36,161 nt of DNA, from positions 1-36,161 of the forward strand of contig JBHIBG010000020.1 in the NCBI GenBank assembly GCA_046758965.1, read 5' to 3'. This DNA comes from Candidatus Methylomirabilia bacterium. Lineage in GTDB: Bacteria; Methylomirabilota; Methylomirabilia; Rokubacteriales; CSP1-6. A program made the position numbers and the translations under genes. Each line of letters opens with the position of its first letter. The first letter of the stretch is position 1. A model generated the notes under the pieces. It saw nothing but the letters and a program-made list of their open reading frames with translations. It had not been told where the DNA came from and made no database searches. Below, piece after piece: positions 36,048-36,161 of the stretch.

Positions 36048-36161
36048 TTACAGGGGGGCGGGAAGGTCGGAGCGGCCCATGAGATAGAGATCGATGCCGC
36101 GGGCGGCGCTCCGGCCTTCGGCGATGGCCCAGACGATCAGCGATTGACCGCGCTGCATGTC
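36048..36161 (-). CDS. gltD: Glutamate synthase small subunit, C-terminal 37 aa (runs off window)
   Basis: Reverse strand reads [41 protein letters not shown], the characteristic GltD C-terminus. Not in the ORF track. Confidence 0.88.
   Translation of the reverse strand, partial: DMQRGQSLIVWAIAEGRSAARGIDLYLMGRSDLPAPL

Noticed and set aside
1..36161. CRISPR arrays, rRNA, transposases, known riboswitches
   Set aside because: No regularly spaced direct repeats, rRNA signatures, transposase ORFs or recognisable riboswitch cores were seen by eye; an Rfam scan was not possible.

Overview
GC-rich bacterial chromosomal window. A Rokubacteria/Methylomirabilota-like origin is a guess from gene order and repeat style, not established. 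Most of it is housekeeping: moeA (5'-truncated), cpoB, dprA-topA-xerC-hslV-hslU-argB-argD-argF-orf-argG, pgsA-plsY-gpsA, tRNA Gly/Cys/Leu, gabD, yjbQ, rtcB, a radical SAM gene, a ChdC/Cld-like gene, a Rieske ferredoxin, moaA, and the 3' end of gltD. Two accessory modules stand out. (1) At 1.1-4.0 kb, a Tat-exported SoxY-SoxZ fusion whose SoxY-like domain also carries a complete superoxide-reductase-type His4Cys metal-ligand set. It is followed by a 7-bladed YVTN propeller with a ring of His/Met residues and a convergent YeeE/YedE sulfur transporter. (2) At 19.5-28 kb, an NtrC-family two-component system with a coupled lipoprotein. It is followed by a fully readable sigma54 promoter (tandem enhancer palindromes, IHF-like site, -24/-12 box) ahead of a receiver protein, a class A PBP and a stand-alone MreB with the catalytic Glu replaced by Gln. 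Two related palindromic REP/MITE-like repeats and an unknown small ORF inside the arg operon are also present. All calls come from motif reading by eye; no searches were run.
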